DNA of 64,000 nucleotides from Parasitella parasitica NRRL 2501 (Eukaryota > Fungi > Mucoromycota). The notes under the pieces are model-generated. The model was not told the DNA's origin. It saw only the letters and a program-made list of their open reading frames with translations, and ran no database searches. The stretch spans positions 166,257 to 230,256 of the forward strand of contig MU619270.1 of NCBI GenBank assembly GCA_025201805.1, in the 5' to 3' direction. How positions within the stretch are numbered: the stretch's first letter is position 1; each line of letters opens with the position of its first letter. The translations under genes were made by a program, and so were the position numbers. Of this stretch, positions 61,527 through 64,000 are shown piece by piece.

Positions 61527-63136
61527 GTTATATTGATCAAATTAATCAATGCGTCTCTCCATTTGCACATGATTGCTGTTTTAGTCAAAAAGCTTTGGAG
61601 TAATGCGGCTCTTGAGGGAACTGGTACTAATGCATAAGATATACAAATGTTATGATCTCCACGAAGCTTAATTACTGATTCGAAATTAAAATGGGGATTT
61701 ACAAAAGTAATATAAAAATTAATGAACACTAAAAAATATACCAATAAAATTTATTTACACCATGGTTTCTTACAATGAATTCTGGAACAGTAAAGTCGGT
61801 TGCGATTGTAGAGCTTATGTACGACATGATTATTTTGGAATCAGTATTATTAAATCCAAAGAACAAAGAATTGTCCAAGTTTTTCAAGCATGAGTAGCGC
61901 GCAGTTAATTAATCACTGATCTTTCTTATATACTAAAAAAGTTCATTTTCAAATTCCCAAAGCTTAAGATTAAGATATTCAACATTGTTGATTTATTGAT
62001 AATGATGTGGTCTTATCTGATTCCCTTAGTAAGTCCAGATTCAGAGCTCTAAATAAGTCATCTAAAATACAAAATAAATTAATAAATCAAAAATGGATTT
62101 ATGTATTAGAATGTTTATATCAAAAATAGATTGTTAATTGCACATTGTTGTGTAGTTAGTATAATTTACAAGAAATTAAAGATAATTCCGGTAACATGAA
62201 TGTATACATTCATATTTTTTTGTTTGATATAATAAATGCCTTCGAACACATGTGTACATATGGCTTTGTATGTAATGCAATCAACTTCGACAGCAATTGT
62301 ATAATATCAAATAGGCTCAAGACAAGCTGTCTGTTTTTTGGCAATATATTTGGATCTCGGATTTGCAAAATACTGTGCATTTACATAACAATGCACTTGT
62401 ACATACCATGCATTCTTATATTACAGCTTTCATGCTTGCATAAAGCAGGTACAGGCAATGTATGTCCTTTAAATGTTACACTGCACTTCTTTTTTTTTTT
62501 TNNNNNNNNNNTGTAACAAAAAAAAAGAGGCCGTGTTAGTCATTGCTTTGTAAAAGATGGTCGAATTGCTTTTCCTATCCAGACTTAATAAAAAACCTCA
62601 AAGATTTTAACCCCATTTTTCCAGCGTGATTATCAAAGATAACAATCAACCATTACACAAACAAATACATCTGACGCTATTAGATAAGGGCCTATAAATT
62701 GAATTGTATATACACGTTCAAGATCTTTGACGTGATAACATCCAAGTTGGGTTATCGGATTAAGAGTAGGATTTCATCCAGAATCAGTTTATAGTATGAC
62801 ATGTAGACCCTGTCCCCGCAAACAAACAAAAATTTTGCGTACATTTTGCTTGCATCTTGAATTCAAGTCTACCATTTCGCACCTGTTTAAAGTCGCTCAG
62901 AAAAAGATCTGAGTCATAATTCAAAATTTTTAAATAGACCGAGAAGCTATACTGTACATATAGTGCAACAGACCGAGAAAAGTTACACCAAACGCCAATT
63001 TAAAAAGAGCTTAGTCGCTCTATTGATTTTATCTTGATTAATCAGAAAAAAAAAAGCTATAAAAGCTTGTAGATTCTCATGTACGCGTCTCTCCTTCCTT
63101 TCCCTTTGTCTTTTCACAACATAATCTCTGCATAAA

Positions 63137-64000
<864 letters not shown>

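Overview
Eukaryotic fungal DNA, most likely Mucorales (Mucor/Parasitella-like): AT-rich, short ~55-65 nt GT-AG introns, several scaffold gaps. About 16 intact genes: AROS/Rrt14-like, septin Cdc3, Tim21, Glo3-type ArfGAP, Chs7, GT77, PH/coiled-coil protein, an orphan, an MHD-like protein with no DNA-binding domain, F-box, a double-Zn2Cys6 transcription factor, thaumatin-like protein, chitin deacetylase, Rpa135, an SS18-like polyQ protein and a myo-inositol transporter. GAPDH is cut off at the window edge. Also present: a full-length G-alpha pseudogene, a candidate 52-aa Cys/His microprotein, a Tc1/IS630 remnant and two LINE 3' remnants. The main accessory structure is a nested transposon island at ~38.1-46.4 kb. 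It holds a Ty3/Gypsy gag-pol hit by four separate LTR insertions, Crypton-type tyrosine-recombinase fragments, and a ~1 kb near-identical inverted duplication that starts exactly at an LTR end. It has nine LTR copies of three families, three with perfect 5-bp TSDs; a tenth copy with a TSD lies at 61.3 kb. Two diverged copies of one LTR family keep an 8-bp-stem/13-nt-loop dyad just after the TATA box with compensatory substitutions. All family calls come from motif recognition by eye; no database search was run.
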